DNA of 64,000 nt from Rhodoferax sp. OV413 (GTDB lineage Bacteria; Pseudomonadota; Gammaproteobacteria; Pseudomonadales; Pseudohongiellaceae), in the NCBI GenBank assembly GCA_943330915.2, contig CALQJO020000006.1, positions 4,925 through 68,924 on the forward strand, given 5' to 3'. Below the pieces are notes generated by a model. The model was given only the letters and a program-made list of their open reading frames with translations, did not search any database and was not told where the DNA came from. Positions 22,172 through 32,006 of the stretch are shown piece after piece (within the stretch, counting starts at the first letter, position 1; every line of letters starts with the position of its first letter). The position numbers were made by a program, and so were the translations under genes.

Positions 22172-22603
22172 ATGTCCCATTACAAAAAAGTGCTGGTTGC
22201 GATTGATGGATCGGACGAGTCCGACACGATTGTTAAAAAGGCGGTTGAGATAGCTGCTGCCAATAAAGCCGTGTTGAGTGCGGTGCTGGTATTTGAACCG
22301 TTGTTGGGCAGTTATTCATTTGAGCTGAACATGGCAGATTTTGAGACGCTTCAGAAACAGCACCAGACCATGGTGGCAGACGCGGCGCGTACATCACTGG
22401 CTAAGCATGGCATTGCCGCGGGCAGTGTTCATTTTTTATCGGGCAAAGCCGCCACCGAGATCAAAAAGCTGGTATCACAATCCTCGGCAGACCTTTTGGT
22501 CATTGGCAGTCACGGACACAGCCCGATTCGTGCAGTGCTGGGTTCCACAGCCAACGCCGTATTACACGGCATTGGTTGTGACGTGTTGACCGTTCGCGTT
22601 TAA
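22172..22603 (+). CDS. Universal stress protein (UspA family)
   Basis: YKKVLVAIDGS, DLLVIGSHG, LGSTANAVLHGIGCDVLTVR. Confidence 0.95.
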   Translation: MSHYKKVLVAIDGSDESDTIVKKAVEIAAANKAVLSAVLVFEPLLGSYSFELNMADFETLQKQHQTMVADAARTSLAKHGIAAGSVHFLSGKAATEIKKLVSQSSADLLVIGSHGHSPIRAVLGSTANAVLHGIGCDVLTVRV

Positions 22604-22605
22604 CG

Positions 22606-23805
22606 TCAGGCGGACAGCACCTGCTTGATGCTGTCTGCCAGATAGTCCAGGTTACTGTGGTTGATGCCAGCGATATTGATGCGGCTGGAATCGACCAGAT
22701 AAATACTGTAGTTGTTGATCAGGCTGTGTACCTGATCAACACTCAGGCCCAGGAACGAAAACATGCCTTTTTCACGCTGAATAAAACTGAAGTCCTGGTC
22801 TATGCCTTTTGCTGCCAGGGCGTTAACCAGTTCTGTCCGTAATCCATTGATGCGGTTGCGCACTTCAGTCAGCTCAGTTTCCCAGTCCGCGTTCAGTGTG
22901 CTGTCTCCCAGAATCTCAATCACCACTGCAGCGCCATGATCTGGCGGCATCGAGTAAATACTGCGGGCGATTGAGGCAATCTGACTGCCAGCGGCCTTGG
23001 TGGATGCTGCGTTTGCGCTGATCACCGTCAGTGATCCGGTGCGCTCGCGGTACAAGCCAAAATTTTTGGAGCAGGAGCTGACCACGACCAGTTCGGGCAA
23101 GGTCTCGGCCAATAAGCGGACGCCGTACGTGTCTTCGACGATGCCATCCCCCAATCCTTGGTAGGCGAGATCAATGAAAGGCGTAAAGCCATTTTTCTGC
23201 GCGAGCGCGGCAATTGCCTGCCACTGCTGTTGATCCAGATCGGCTCCGCACGGGTTGTGGCAACAGCCATGCAACAACACCAGGTCACCCTGTCCTGCAG
23301 TGGCCAGGGAATCCATCATGGCATCAAAGCGGATGGCGTGATTCTGGTAGTCGTAGTAAGGGTATTTGCTGATTTGCAGGCCGGCTTCGCCGAGCAAGGG
23401 GATATGATTGGCCCAGGTAGGATCGCTGACCAGAATTTTTGCACCAGGTTTAACTTTTTGCAGAAACTCTGCGCCAAGACGCAAACCGCCGCAACCACCA
23501 GGCGTCTGGAAAGTCACCCGCCGTCCGCCTAGCTGATCACGCAGCGTATCTCCAAAGATCAGGCCGGCAATCAGGTGATTAAAACTGTCCTGTCCAGCGG
23601 GCGCGACGTAGGTCTTGGTTTGCTGATTTGCCAGCAGACGGGTTTCTGCCTGTTTGACGGCGCGCATAACGGGCGTTTGCCCCAGCTCATTTTTATAAAC
23701 GCCCACCCCCAAATCTGTCTTGTGTGCATTGGAGTCAGCCCGGAAGGCTGCCATCAGCCCCAGAATAGGGTCTGCGGGTAAACTGCTGATTGCTTCAAAC
23801 ATCAT
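22606..23805 (-). CDS. Aspartate/aromatic amino acid aminotransferase (AspC/TyrB family)
   Basis: PADPILGL, DLGVGVYK, QTPGG, PTWANH, HGCCHNP, DLAYQG, SCSKNFGLYRER.G, SRINIAG. Confidence 0.95.
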   Translation of the reverse strand: MMFEAISSLPADPILGLMAAFRADSNAHKTDLGVGVYKNELGQTPVMRAVKQAETRLLANQQTKTYVAPAGQDSFNHLIAGLIFGDTLRDQLGGRRVTFQTPGGCGGLRLGAEFLQKVKPGAKILVSDPTWANHIPLLGEAGLQISKYPYYDYQNHAIRFDAMMDSLATAGQGDLVLLHGCCHNPCGADLDQQQWQAIAALAQKNGFTPFIDLAYQGLGDGIVEDTYGVRLLAETLPELVVVSSCSKNFGLYRERTGSLTVISANAASTKAAGSQIASIARSIYSMPPDHGAAVVIEILGDSTLNADWETELTEVRNRINGLRTELVNALAAKGIDQDFSFIQREKGMFSFLGLSVDQVHSLINNYSIYLVDSSRINIAGINHSNLDYLADSIKQVLSA

Positions 23806-23833
23806 GGGTTATCCTTTAAAAAGCGGTAGTTAC

Positions 23834-24715
23834 TCAGAGCTGCTCGCGCAGTGCTTGTGCTTTAAGAGTGTTTTGCAGCAGTGACGCGCGCGTCATTGGG
23901 CCAACGCCGCCCGGGACCGGGGATATAAACGAACATTTGGATTTGACTGACTCGAAGTGCACATCTCCGGTGAGCCTGAAACCGCTGGCCCGCGTTTCAT
24001 CTGGCACCCGGGTGATGCCGACATCAACAACAACCGCGCCTTCCTTGACCATATCCGCGGTGACAAAATCCGGTTTGCCGATGGCTACAATCAGAATATC
24101 GGCAGTCTTACAGATATCTGCCATGTTGGGAGTGCGGCTGTGCACCAGCGTGACGGTGGAGTTGCCGGGAGTGCTGTTGCGGGACATCAGGATAGACATC
24201 GGTGTGCCTACAATATTGCTGCGACCGACCACAACACAATGTTTACCTGAGGTATCAATTTGGTAGCGTTTTAACAATTCCATCACACCATTCGGTGTCG
24301 CGGAGATAAACGTCGGCAGGGCAAGACACATACGGCCTACATTGGCAGGTGAGAATCCATCAACGTCCTTGGTTGGTGAAATCGCCAGCGTTACCCGGGT
24401 TTCATCGATATGCTTGGGAAGGGGTACCTGCACAATAAAACCGTCGATTTCCGGATTGTTGTTCAACTGGCTGATGTGCTCGAGAAGTGCTTTCTCAGAG
24501 ATGTCGGCTGGCAGCCGGATCAAGGTGGAGTCAAAACCTACCTGCTTGCAGTCGAGTACTTTGTTGGCAACGTAGGTCTCACTGGCCCCGTCATTACCCA
24601 CCAGCACTGCAGCCAGATGAGGTACTTTGCCGCCGCGAGCTTTGATACGGATGACTTCTTCGGCGATTTCCGCCTTGATCTGTTCTGCTGTTGCTTTGCC
24701 GTCGAGAATTTGCAT
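23834..24715 (-). CDS. folD: Methylenetetrahydrofolate dehydrogenase/cyclohydrolase
   Basis: ILDGK, YxxxK (YVANK), [27 protein letters not shown]. Confidence 0.97.
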   Translation of the reverse strand: MQILDGKATAEQIKAEIAEEVIRIKARGGKVPHLAAVLVGNDGASETYVANKVLDCKQVGFDSTLIRLPADISEKALLEHISQLNNNPEIDGFIVQVPLPKHIDETRVTLAISPTKDVDGFSPANVGRMCLALPTFISATPNGVMELLKRYQIDTSGKHCVVVGRSNIVGTPMSILMSRNSTPGNSTVTLVHSRTPNMADICKTADILIVAIGKPDFVTADMVKEGAVVVDVGITRVPDETRASGFRLTGDVHFESVKSKCSFISPVPGGVGPMTRASLLQNTLKAQALREQL

Positions 24716-24810
24716 GCTGCTACCTTTTGCCAAAACGCGCGATGATAAACGAGCGCGGCGCCTGCCTCAAGAAAACCACCAGAGGACGAAGCGTTCAATT
24801 GTTGATGCCA

Positions 24811-25145
24811 TTACCACTTGCCGGAATTGGGCATGCTGACCCAAGGTTCCGCGGGTGCAAGCGGTGCGCCCCGCTGCAGAAGTTCGATCGAAATGTTATC
24901 GGGAGAGCGCACAACTGATAGGCGATATGACCAAAGTTACGGCCTTCACCACAAACTTCCGGGTCCCAGTTATAGGTCAATTCGATCTGTGCCTGATCAT
25001 CACCGTCCGCCGCCAGAAACACCAGTGTAAAGCGGCCTTGCTCACTGTCCCTGCGCTGCAGTTGTCGCAGGCCCAATTTGTTGCAGTAAAAATCCAGTGA
25101 GGTGTCCAGATCGCTGACCCGCACCATCGTATGCAGATATTTCAA
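24811..25145 (-). pseudogene. gloA: Lactoylglutathione lyase (glyoxalase I, VOC family) with internal deletion and frameshift
   Basis: N-terminal MKYLHTMVRV...ELTYNWD...RNFGHIAYQ in one frame; C-terminal [15 protein letters not shown]...[12 protein letters not shown]-stop (TAA at 24811) in another frame; junction near 24915. Confidence 0.85.
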
Positions 25146-25147
25146 GT

Positions 25148-25588
25148 TCAGTTGCTCCGTTGCAGTCTCAGAGGTACGTACTCGCCAGACTGACTCCAGT
25201 CGCCATTTAAGGCCAATACCTCAGAGCCTTGCTCATCGAAGACGAGAGTGCCGTAAAATTCGGCGTCCAGTGCTGGCATGCTGACCAGCAGGTTCTTGCC
25301 ATTGAGGCTGATTGATGCGACGGGCAAACCGCTTCGAAACTGCGCTGGAATATCCAGCGTGGCTGAATAACCGGAAGCGCTGCCTGCGGGCGAAGATTGA
25401 ATATGTAACACAACTTCCAATGGATCCATTTGCGCGGCGATGAGCGATCCACGCCATGTGCCGGTCAGTTGTGGATCAGCCTGTGCTTGCGCGAAGGTCA
25501 CCCACAGCATGGCCAGGAAAGCGGTCAGCAATCCAATAAATTTAATGCGGGCACTTGTTGCCGGGAGGATTTTTGTTGGATCGGGCAT
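25148..25588 (-). CDS. Exported hypothetical protein, beta-rich domain (146 aa from ATG 25588)
   Basis: Signal peptide ending AQA-QA; LTGTWRGSL...YSATLDIP...LNGDWSQSG...PLRLQR pattern; stop codon 2 nt before the gloA ATG. Confidence 0.7.
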   Translation of the reverse strand: MPDPTKILPATSARIKFIGLLTAFLAMLWVTFAQAQADPQLTGTWRGSLIAAQMDPLEVVLHIQSSPAGSASGYSATLDIPAQFRSGLPVASISLNGKNLLVSMPALDAEFYGTLVFDEQGSEVLALNGDWSQSGEYVPLRLQRSN

Positions 25589-25874
25589 TTGGCTATGATT
25601 CCGGTTTAAAAGCGCGGTATTGTGTAGGCAAGGATAACGCGCAATCCCGCCTGAAAGAAAGGCTGTTGCTCGCGCAGCTGCCCGGCTTTCAGAAGCTTCT
25701 GAACTGGTGGTGGGTTGGCAATTGCGCCAATGAGCAAAGCGCGTCCTTGTGCTTTCAAAAAGAGTCGATGAATCATCTTGTTTTGTAGACCCCCCGATCG
25801 GGTGGCAAGTTTTAAGCGCGTTTAAAGATGTTAAGCTTTTGCTTTGAAACAGCACCTGGTGATCAACAAGTATC

Positions 25875-26744
25875 ATGAACCTGCAACAACGCAACAAGTA
25901 TGTGTTAACCGTCTCCTGCCCCGAAGCTAATGGTATTGTGCGCGCTGTCAGTGATTTTCTGTTTCAGCGTGGCGCAACCATCAGTGATGCGGCTCAGCAT
26001 CGTGATCCGGTCATCGACAGATTTTTTATGCGGGTAGAGTTCGAAGCGGTTGAAGCCGATTTGCCGTCCGCAGAAAAACTGGATGAAGATTTTTTGCTTC
26101 TGGCAAAACAATTCGACATGGAGTGGAATTTCTTTGATGTGCGTAAACGCCCGCGGGTTCTGCTCGCAGTGTCAACACACGGACACTGCCTGACAGACTT
26201 GCTGCACCGATGGAGCAGTGGAGCATTGCCGGCTGACGTCGTGGGAGTTATCTCCAATCACGAAGCGATGCGAGGCATTTCTGAATGGTATGGTCTGGAC
26301 TTCCATTATTTGCCGGTGACACCGGACACCAAAGAGCAACAGGAAGATGCCATGATGGACATCATCAGGGAGAAACAGGTCGACCTCTTGGCGCTTGCCA
26401 GGTACATGCAGATTCTGTCGCCACGCATGTGTGAGATGATGGCCGGGCGGGCGATTAACATTCATCATTCATTTTTGCCCGGGTTCAAAGGTGCCAATCC
26501 TTATCGTCAGGCGTATCTGCGGGGCGTCAAAATCATTGGCGCAACAGCTCACTATGTCACGACTGATCTTGATGAAGGTCCTATCATTGAACAGGCGGTT
26601 GAGCGCATAGATCACAATTTTGATATCGACGAACTGGTGCAGATTGGCCGTGATGCCGAGTGCGCAGCCTTCGCGCGTGCCGTGAAATGGCACTGCGAAC
26701 ACCGCATCATTGTCAACGGTAATAAAACCGTCGTGTTTAAATGA
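25875..26744 (+). CDS. purU: Formyltetrahydrofolate deformylase
   Basis: ACT domain (SCPEANGIV, FFMRVEF), LARYMQILS, INIHHSFLP.FKGANPY, GATAHYVT.DLDEGPII. Confidence 0.97.
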   Translation: MNLQQRNKYVLTVSCPEANGIVRAVSDFLFQRGATISDAAQHRDPVIDRFFMRVEFEAVEADLPSAEKLDEDFLLLAKQFDMEWNFFDVRKRPRVLLAVSTHGHCLTDLLHRWSSGALPADVVGVISNHEAMRGISEWYGLDFHYLPVTPDTKEQQEDAMMDIIREKQVDLLALARYMQILSPRMCEMMAGRAINIHHSFLPGFKGANPYRQAYLRGVKIIGATAHYVTTDLDEGPIIEQAVERIDHNFDIDELVQIGRDAECAAFARAVKWHCEHRIIVNGNKTVVFK

Positions 26745-26763
26745 GTGACAGGAGTTATGCCCC

Positions 26764-28437
26764 ATGCTGGTAGCGTTAGGGACTCTGGCAGGCGGTTTAG
26801 GCTTGTTCCTGCTGGGTGTTTCAATGATTACCGACGGTCTGAAGCTGGCAGCAGGCGGTGCGCTTCGCGACATCCTCGGCCGGTCAACACGAACCACATG
26901 GCACGGGATACGTTCGGGATTCCTGTTGACCAGCCTGGTGCAATCATCCAGTGCCGTCACCATCGCAACGATAGGCTTTGTCAACGCAGGTCTGCTAGGG
27001 ATTCATCAGGCGCTTGGCATTGTCTTGGGTGCAACGCTTGGCACTACGATGACCGGATGGCTTGTCTCGGTAGTTGGTTTTCAGTTCAGCATCAGTGCAT
27101 TTGCCATGCCGATGCTGGGCATCGGTATGATTGTGCGTCTTGCCGGGGCGTCCAGTCGCACGGGCGCCTTCGGTGAGGCGCTGGCCGGTTTCGGATTATT
27201 TTTTGTTGCCATCGATTTTCTCAAAGGCGCATTTGAGGGCGTGGCAGCGTCTGTGGATCTTGCCAGTCTCTCACCTGAAGGTTTCCTGGGGCTGATGTTG
27301 TTTGTCTTGGCTGGCATGATCATCACCATGCTGATTCAGTCCTCCAGTGCAACGATTGCGATCACGCTGACTGCATTATCAAGCGGGCTACTGACATTTC
27401 CGGCAGCGGCCGCGCTGGTCATTGGGGCCACTGTTGGCACAACATCCACATCCGCACTGGCGGTGATCGGAGCGACGCCCAATGCCAGGCGCGTTGCCCT
27501 GGGTCATGTCTTCATCAATAGTTTCAGCGCGCTGGTCGGCATTGTGCTGCTGCCAACTGTGTTGTGGGCGTCAACACATGACACCTGGATTCATGATTAT
27601 CCGGCCTTATCAATTGCATTCTTTCATACATCGCTGAATCTGCTGGGTGTGTTACTGATGCGTCCCTTGATCGGCCGTTTAGGGCATTGGCTGGAGCGTC
27701 GGTTTGTCAGCAAAGCAGAGGAGCTGAGTCGCCCACAGTTTATTGACAGCAATGTCATGGCGTCGCCGTCGCTGGCCATGGATGCCTTTTTGCTGGAGTT
27801 GCAACGCATGGCGGAACTGACAAGAACACATGCCATCCATTCATTTAACAACGAAGGGCCTCCGGGCAAGGCATTACAGTTACAGCATGACGGGCTGCGT
27901 TCGTTAGCGCGCTTTGTAGAGACCTCGGTCACTCAACTCGAGACTGACAGGCTGGAAGCGCGTATCGCGAGGCAATTGCCGATGATTCTCAGGATTGCCA
28001 ACTACATTGACGAAGCCGTCGCGCTGGCGCATGCCAATGCTGAGTCAGATGCAGATGTTGAATTTTTGATTCAAACACCGGTCGGTGAAGAGATCCTTGC
28101 TTATCAGGCAGCGGTGGTAGCGATGATTGGTCGTTGTGATCCCCAGTTATCCAGTTTCAGCGCTGAGTCAATCGAAGCTGAGTACCAAACACTGCGTGCC
28201 CAATTCCGACAGCTGAAGACCCGTTTGCTAGAGGCCAGTGTTCAGGGGGTGATTCCACTGCAGCATATGAACCCCGCAATCGAAAGTTTGCGCATGATGC
28301 TGAGAGTCTCTGAACGTTCCACACGCATCGCAGTGCGCTTGTCTGAACTAGGCCGGGAACAACCCGCTGTCAGCGGTAAAACCAGTGCATCCGCGGGGCC
28401 TGCAAGTCGCGGTATTGACTCTGACGTTAAGCCCTGA
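26764..28437 (+). CDS. Na+/Pi cotransporter family protein (NptA/YjbB-like) with helical C-terminal domain
   Basis: GLGLFLLG, repeated QSSSA motifs (VQSSSAVT, IQSSSATI), GATLGTT/GATVGTT; PhoU-like helical tail. Confidence 0.92.
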   Translation: MLVALGTLAGGLGLFLLGVSMITDGLKLAAGGALRDILGRSTRTTWHGIRSGFLLTSLVQSSSAVTIATIGFVNAGLLGIHQALGIVLGATLGTTMTGWLVSVVGFQFSISAFAMPMLGIGMIVRLAGASSRTGAFGEALAGFGLFFVAIDFLKGAFEGVAASVDLASLSPEGFLGLMLFVLAGMIITMLIQSSSATIAITLTALSSGLLTFPAAAALVIGATVGTTSTSALAVIGATPNARRVALGHVFINSFSALVGIVLLPTVLWASTHDTWIHDYPALSIAFFHTSLNLLGVLLMRPLIGRLGHWLERRFVSKAEELSRPQFIDSNVMASPSLAMDAFLLELQRMAELTRTHAIHSFNNEGPPGKALQLQHDGLRSLARFVETSVTQLETDRLEARIARQLPMILRIANYIDEAVALAHANAESDADVEFLIQTPVGEEILAYQAAVVAMIGRCDPQLSSFSAESIEAEYQTLRAQFRQLKTRLLEASVQGVIPLQHMNPAIESLRMMLRVSERSTRIAVRLSELGREQPAVSGKTSASAGPASRGIDSDVKP

Positions 28438-28470
28438 AGCGCTCAACGGCAGGGCTGTTGTATTACAGTT

Positions 28471-28488
28471 TTGTCATAAATTTGTCAT
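28471..28488 (+). promoter_or_regulatory. Pho box (PhoB site) upstream of pstS
   Basis: TTGTCAT-AAAT-TTGTCAT, 11-bp direct repeat matching CTGTCAT-N4-CTGTCAT, about 70 nt before the pstS ATG. Confidence 0.85.
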
Positions 28489-28559
28489 AAGGGATGGTTA
28501 TATTGCTGACATTGACTCGATGGGGTCACTTTTTTTTGCTTGGCCGGGGAGAATTGCGG

Positions 28560-29537
28560 ATGAACAAATTTAAGCGTCTGATGGCTGCTGTCAGCGTTGC
28601 CACCATTATGGCAGTACCTGCTGTAGCGATAGCCGATGTTGATCCCAATCTTCAGGATTACGTCCGTGCCTCGGGAGTGTCAGGAAATCTGTCCAGTATT
28701 GGTTCTGATACGCTGAATAACCTGATGACCTTGTGGGCGGAAGAATTTGCCAAGTATTACCCGAATGTGAATGTGCAGATTCAAGGGGCTGGTTCTTCGA
28801 CTGCGCCGCCTGCATTGACCGAAGGTACCGCCATGCTGGCACCGATGAGTCGCCCGATGCGTCAGTCCGAAATTCAGGAGTTTGAGGCGCGCCACGGATA
28901 CCAGCCAACCGAGTTGCCGGTGGCCGTGGATATGCTGGCGGTGTATGTGAACCGTGATAACCCTATCGAAAGCCTCAGCCTGCCGCAGGTTGATGCAATT
29001 TTCTCCGCGACACGTCGCTGTGGCGCACCCGCGGATATCCAGCGATGGGGCGATCTGGGTCTGACCGGTGACTGGGAAAATCGCGACTTCACGCTGTATA
29101 GTCGAAATGCAGTGTCTGGCACCTATGGTTTCTTTAAAGACAACGCACTATGTGGCGGTGACTTCAAGTCCAGCATTAATGAGCAGCCCGGTTCGTCATC
29201 CGTTGTGCAGGGTGTAACTGAATCAGCCAATGGTATCGGATACACCGGAATTGGTTATCGCACCTCGGGCGTGCGCGCGGTGCCTTTGGCAGCAACTGAA
29301 GGCGGTATCGCCTATGAGGCGAGTGCTGCCAATGCGGCCACCGGAGATTACCCGCTTGCCCGCTATCTGTTGGTATACATTAACAAGCACCCCAATCGTG
29401 AGCTTGATCCGGTAACCCGTGAGTTTGTGAAGATGTTGTATAGCAAACAAGGTCAAGAGGTCGTTGACCGTGATGGTTATGTACCTTTGCCGGCCACAAT
29501 CGCACAGCGTATGTTGCAGCAGCTTGGCATTAACTAA
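28560..29537 (+). CDS. pstS: Phosphate ABC transporter substrate-binding protein
   Basis: Signal peptide, GSDT, GAGSSTA, MSR, SRNAVSGTYGFF, YPLARYL. Confidence 0.96.
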   Translation: MNKFKRLMAAVSVATIMAVPAVAIADVDPNLQDYVRASGVSGNLSSIGSDTLNNLMTLWAEEFAKYYPNVNVQIQGAGSSTAPPALTEGTAMLAPMSRPMRQSEIQEFEARHGYQPTELPVAVDMLAVYVNRDNPIESLSLPQVDAIFSATRRCGAPADIQRWGDLGLTGDWENRDFTLYSRNAVSGTYGFFKDNALCGGDFKSSINEQPGSSSVVQGVTESANGIGYTGIGYRTSGVRAVPLAATEGGIAYEASAANAATGDYPLARYLLVYINKHPNRELDPVTREFVKMLYSKQGQEVVDRDGYVPLPATIAQRMLQQLGIN

Positions 29538-29624
29538 GCAACGTTACTGATTACTTGGCGACACGACAGTACTTGTTGGTAAACTCTCAGCAAAAGGTAT
29601 TACCCGGCAGGAGCACGCTTTTAC

Positions 29625-31991
29625 ATGACAGACAACACTCCGGGTACGCCGGGCCACGCGCCTGCTGTTGGAAACGCTGATTCAAGCTCTCAGGCCGAGC
29701 CCTCAAGCACGGTTAATTCAATCAGGCGCGGAAACAGCCTGCTTCCCGATCTTGCCAGCCGCAAGATTCTCAGAAAAAAACGCGCAAGACGCGACAGGAT
29801 CGCACATTGGGGCATCACCACGGCAGGTTATGGTGTTGTGGTTGCCCTGTTAACAATATTTGTTTACCTGTTCTACGAGGTCGCGCCAATTTTGCGAGGC
29901 GCTGCCGTCGATGAGCAGCACCAGTTTGCGCTACCGGAACAGCAGTCAGAGACGTTTAGACTGCTTCTGGACCGATATGAAATATTGGGGATTCAGTACA
30001 CACGCAACGCGGAATCAGTCTTTTTTGATACGGAAACGGGTGAGGAACAATTGCGTGTGGCAGTTCCATTGCCTCAGGGTGCTGCGGTCAGTAGTTTTGG
30101 TTACGCAGAAACCATATCCAATACCGTCGTCTACGGTCTTGATAATGGCTCTGCGGTACTAGCCCGTCATGCATTTGATGTGAGTTTTCCGGACAGCCAA
30201 CGGGTTGTATCACCAAAGCTCGATTTCCCGTTGGGTGAGTCTGCGATACAAATTGATCAACAGGGTCAGGCTTTAACCCACATCACCACCGAGGTACTGG
30301 CGCGCGGAGGCGCAACAACGGCAATTGCCGCGGTAACGCAAGACAACCGGTTGTTACTGGCGAGAATGACCTCGCGTGAAAACTTGCTGACCGGGGCTGT
30401 GCAAGTGACCACGGACGTGCAGACCTTGCCGGCCATTCCAGGCAATGCACAGCAGTTGATGCTGGATAAGTCTTTACGCAACCTGTTTGTGCTGGATGAT
30501 CAGGGTCGTATCCATTTTTATGACATTGTGAATCCTGCTCAGGCCCGTCTGGTTGAGTCAGTCGATGTGGGTCGCGGTGAACGCGTCACTGCCGTTGAGT
30601 TCCTGGTCGGTTCTGTGTCTATTGTGGTGGGAACAGAATCCGGCAATCTGAGTCAGTGGTTTCTGGTGCGCGAAAATGACAACGCCAATGACTTTACGTT
30701 GACCTTGATCCGCGAATTCAGAAATCACGGTGCCGCCATTACCGCGATTGCCCCTGAGCACACTCGCAAGGGGTTTATTGTTGTTGATGCCGCAGGGCAG
30801 CTCGGCGTGCACTACGGCAGTTCATCACGTACCCTGTTCCTAGATGAGGTGAGTGACAACAGTCTGTCACACATCGCCATTTCGCAGATTAACGGCCGGG
30901 TTTTGTGGCTCGACAGTGAGCAGCAGGTTAGTTCTGCATCCATGTGGAACGAGCATCCCCAGCTGTCCTGGGCAGCGATGTGGAACAAGGTTTGGTACGA
31001 GGGCCGCGAAGACCCTGAGTACATCTGGCAATCGTCATCAGGTTCGGATGAGTTTGAATCCAAATTCAGCTTGGTGCCTCTGACTATTGGCACGTTAAAA
31101 GCCGCTTTGTACGCCATGTTGTTTGCGACACCGCTGGCAATAGCCGGTGCGATTTACACCGCGTACTTCATGACACCTAAGCAGCGTGGTCTCGTAAAAC
31201 CCGCCATCGAAAGCATGGGGGCGTTGCCAACAGTCATCCTCGGTTTTCTCGCAGGTCTATGGCTGGCTCCTTTTGTCGAAAACAACTTGCCGGCAATATT
31301 CAGCTTTTTCCTGCTAATGCCTGTGGTCCTTTTAGTGTTTGCGCTGATATGGACGAATTTACCTGCCGGATTCAGGTCAAAGATTCCCGAAGGTTGGGAA
31401 GCGGCCATATCTGTGCCAGTCATTTTGACGTTTGGCTTTATCTGTGTGCAGTCAAGCCCATGGGTAGAAGTCTGGTTATTTGATGGCAGCATGCGTCAGT
31501 GGTTCACGGATATTGGCATCAACTACGATCAACGCAACGCATTGATTGTGGGCATTGCCATGGGATTTGCGGTTATCCCGACCGTTTTCTCTATCGCCGA
31601 AGATGCTGTGTTTACGGTGCCCAGGCACCTGACTCAAGGTTCGCTGGCGCTGGGCGCAACGCGCTGGCAAACAGTCATGGGTGTGGTGTTGCCGACGGCA
31701 AGTCCGGGTATTTTTTCGGCGGTGATGATGGGCTTCGGCCGGTCGGTCGGTGAAACCATGATCGTGCTGATGGCCACCGGTAACAGCCCGGTGGTCAACT
31801 TCAATATCTTCGAGGGTATGCGCACCTTATCCGCCAACATTGCAGTTGAGTTGCCTGAAACAGCGGTGGGTTCGTCGCACTTCCGGGTATTGTTCCTGGC
31901 TGCTCTGGTGTTGCTGGCACTGACATTCATTGTGAATACTTTGGCGGAAATCATCCGACAGCGCTTGAGAGAACGTTATAGCAATCTGTAA
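29625..31991 (+). CDS. pstC: Phosphate ABC transporter permease PstC with large periplasmic beta-propeller-like domain
   Basis: GTLKAA, KPAIESMGALPTV, LALGATRWQT, RSVGETMIVLMATGN, RTLSANIAVE. Confidence 0.95.
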   Translation: MTDNTPGTPGHAPAVGNADSSSQAEPSSTVNSIRRGNSLLPDLASRKILRKKRARRDRIAHWGITTAGYGVVVALLTIFVYLFYEVAPILRGAAVDEQHQFALPEQQSETFRLLLDRYEILGIQYTRNAESVFFDTETGEEQLRVAVPLPQGAAVSSFGYAETISNTVVYGLDNGSAVLARHAFDVSFPDSQRVVSPKLDFPLGESAIQIDQQGQALTHITTEVLARGGATTAIAAVTQDNRLLLARMTSRENLLTGAVQVTTDVQTLPAIPGNAQQLMLDKSLRNLFVLDDQGRIHFYDIVNPAQARLVESVDVGRGERVTAVEFLVGSVSIVVGTESGNLSQWFLVRENDNANDFTLTLIREFRNHGAAITAIAPEHTRKGFIVVDAAGQLGVHYGSSSRTLFLDEVSDNSLSHIAISQINGRVLWLDSEQQVSSASMWNEHPQLSWAAMWNKVWYEGREDPEYIWQSSSGSDEFESKFSLVPLTIGTLKAALYAMLFATPLAIAGAIYTAYFMTPKQRGLVKPAIESMGALPTVILGFLAGLWLAPFVENNLPAIFSFFLLMPVVLLVFALIWTNLPAGFRSKIPEGWEAAISVPVILTFGFICVQSSPWVEVWLFDGSMRQWFTDIGINYDQRNALIVGIAMGFAVIPTVFSIAEDAVFTVPRHLTQGSLALGATRWQTVMGVVLPTASPGIFSAVMMGFGRSVGETMIVLMATGNSPVVNFNIFEGMRTLSANIAVELPETAVGSSHFRVLFLAALVLLALTFIVNTLAEIIRQRLRERYSNL

Positions 31992-32006
31992 ATCCAGACA
32001 GTCGAT

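Noticed and set aside
25589-25874. purU upstream region (possible ZTP/THF riboswitch or small ORF)
   Set aside because: No ZTP consensus seen; ORF 25555-25788 has no support. The 249-aa extension of the minus-strand ORF is also unlikely, since the signal peptide starts at 25588.
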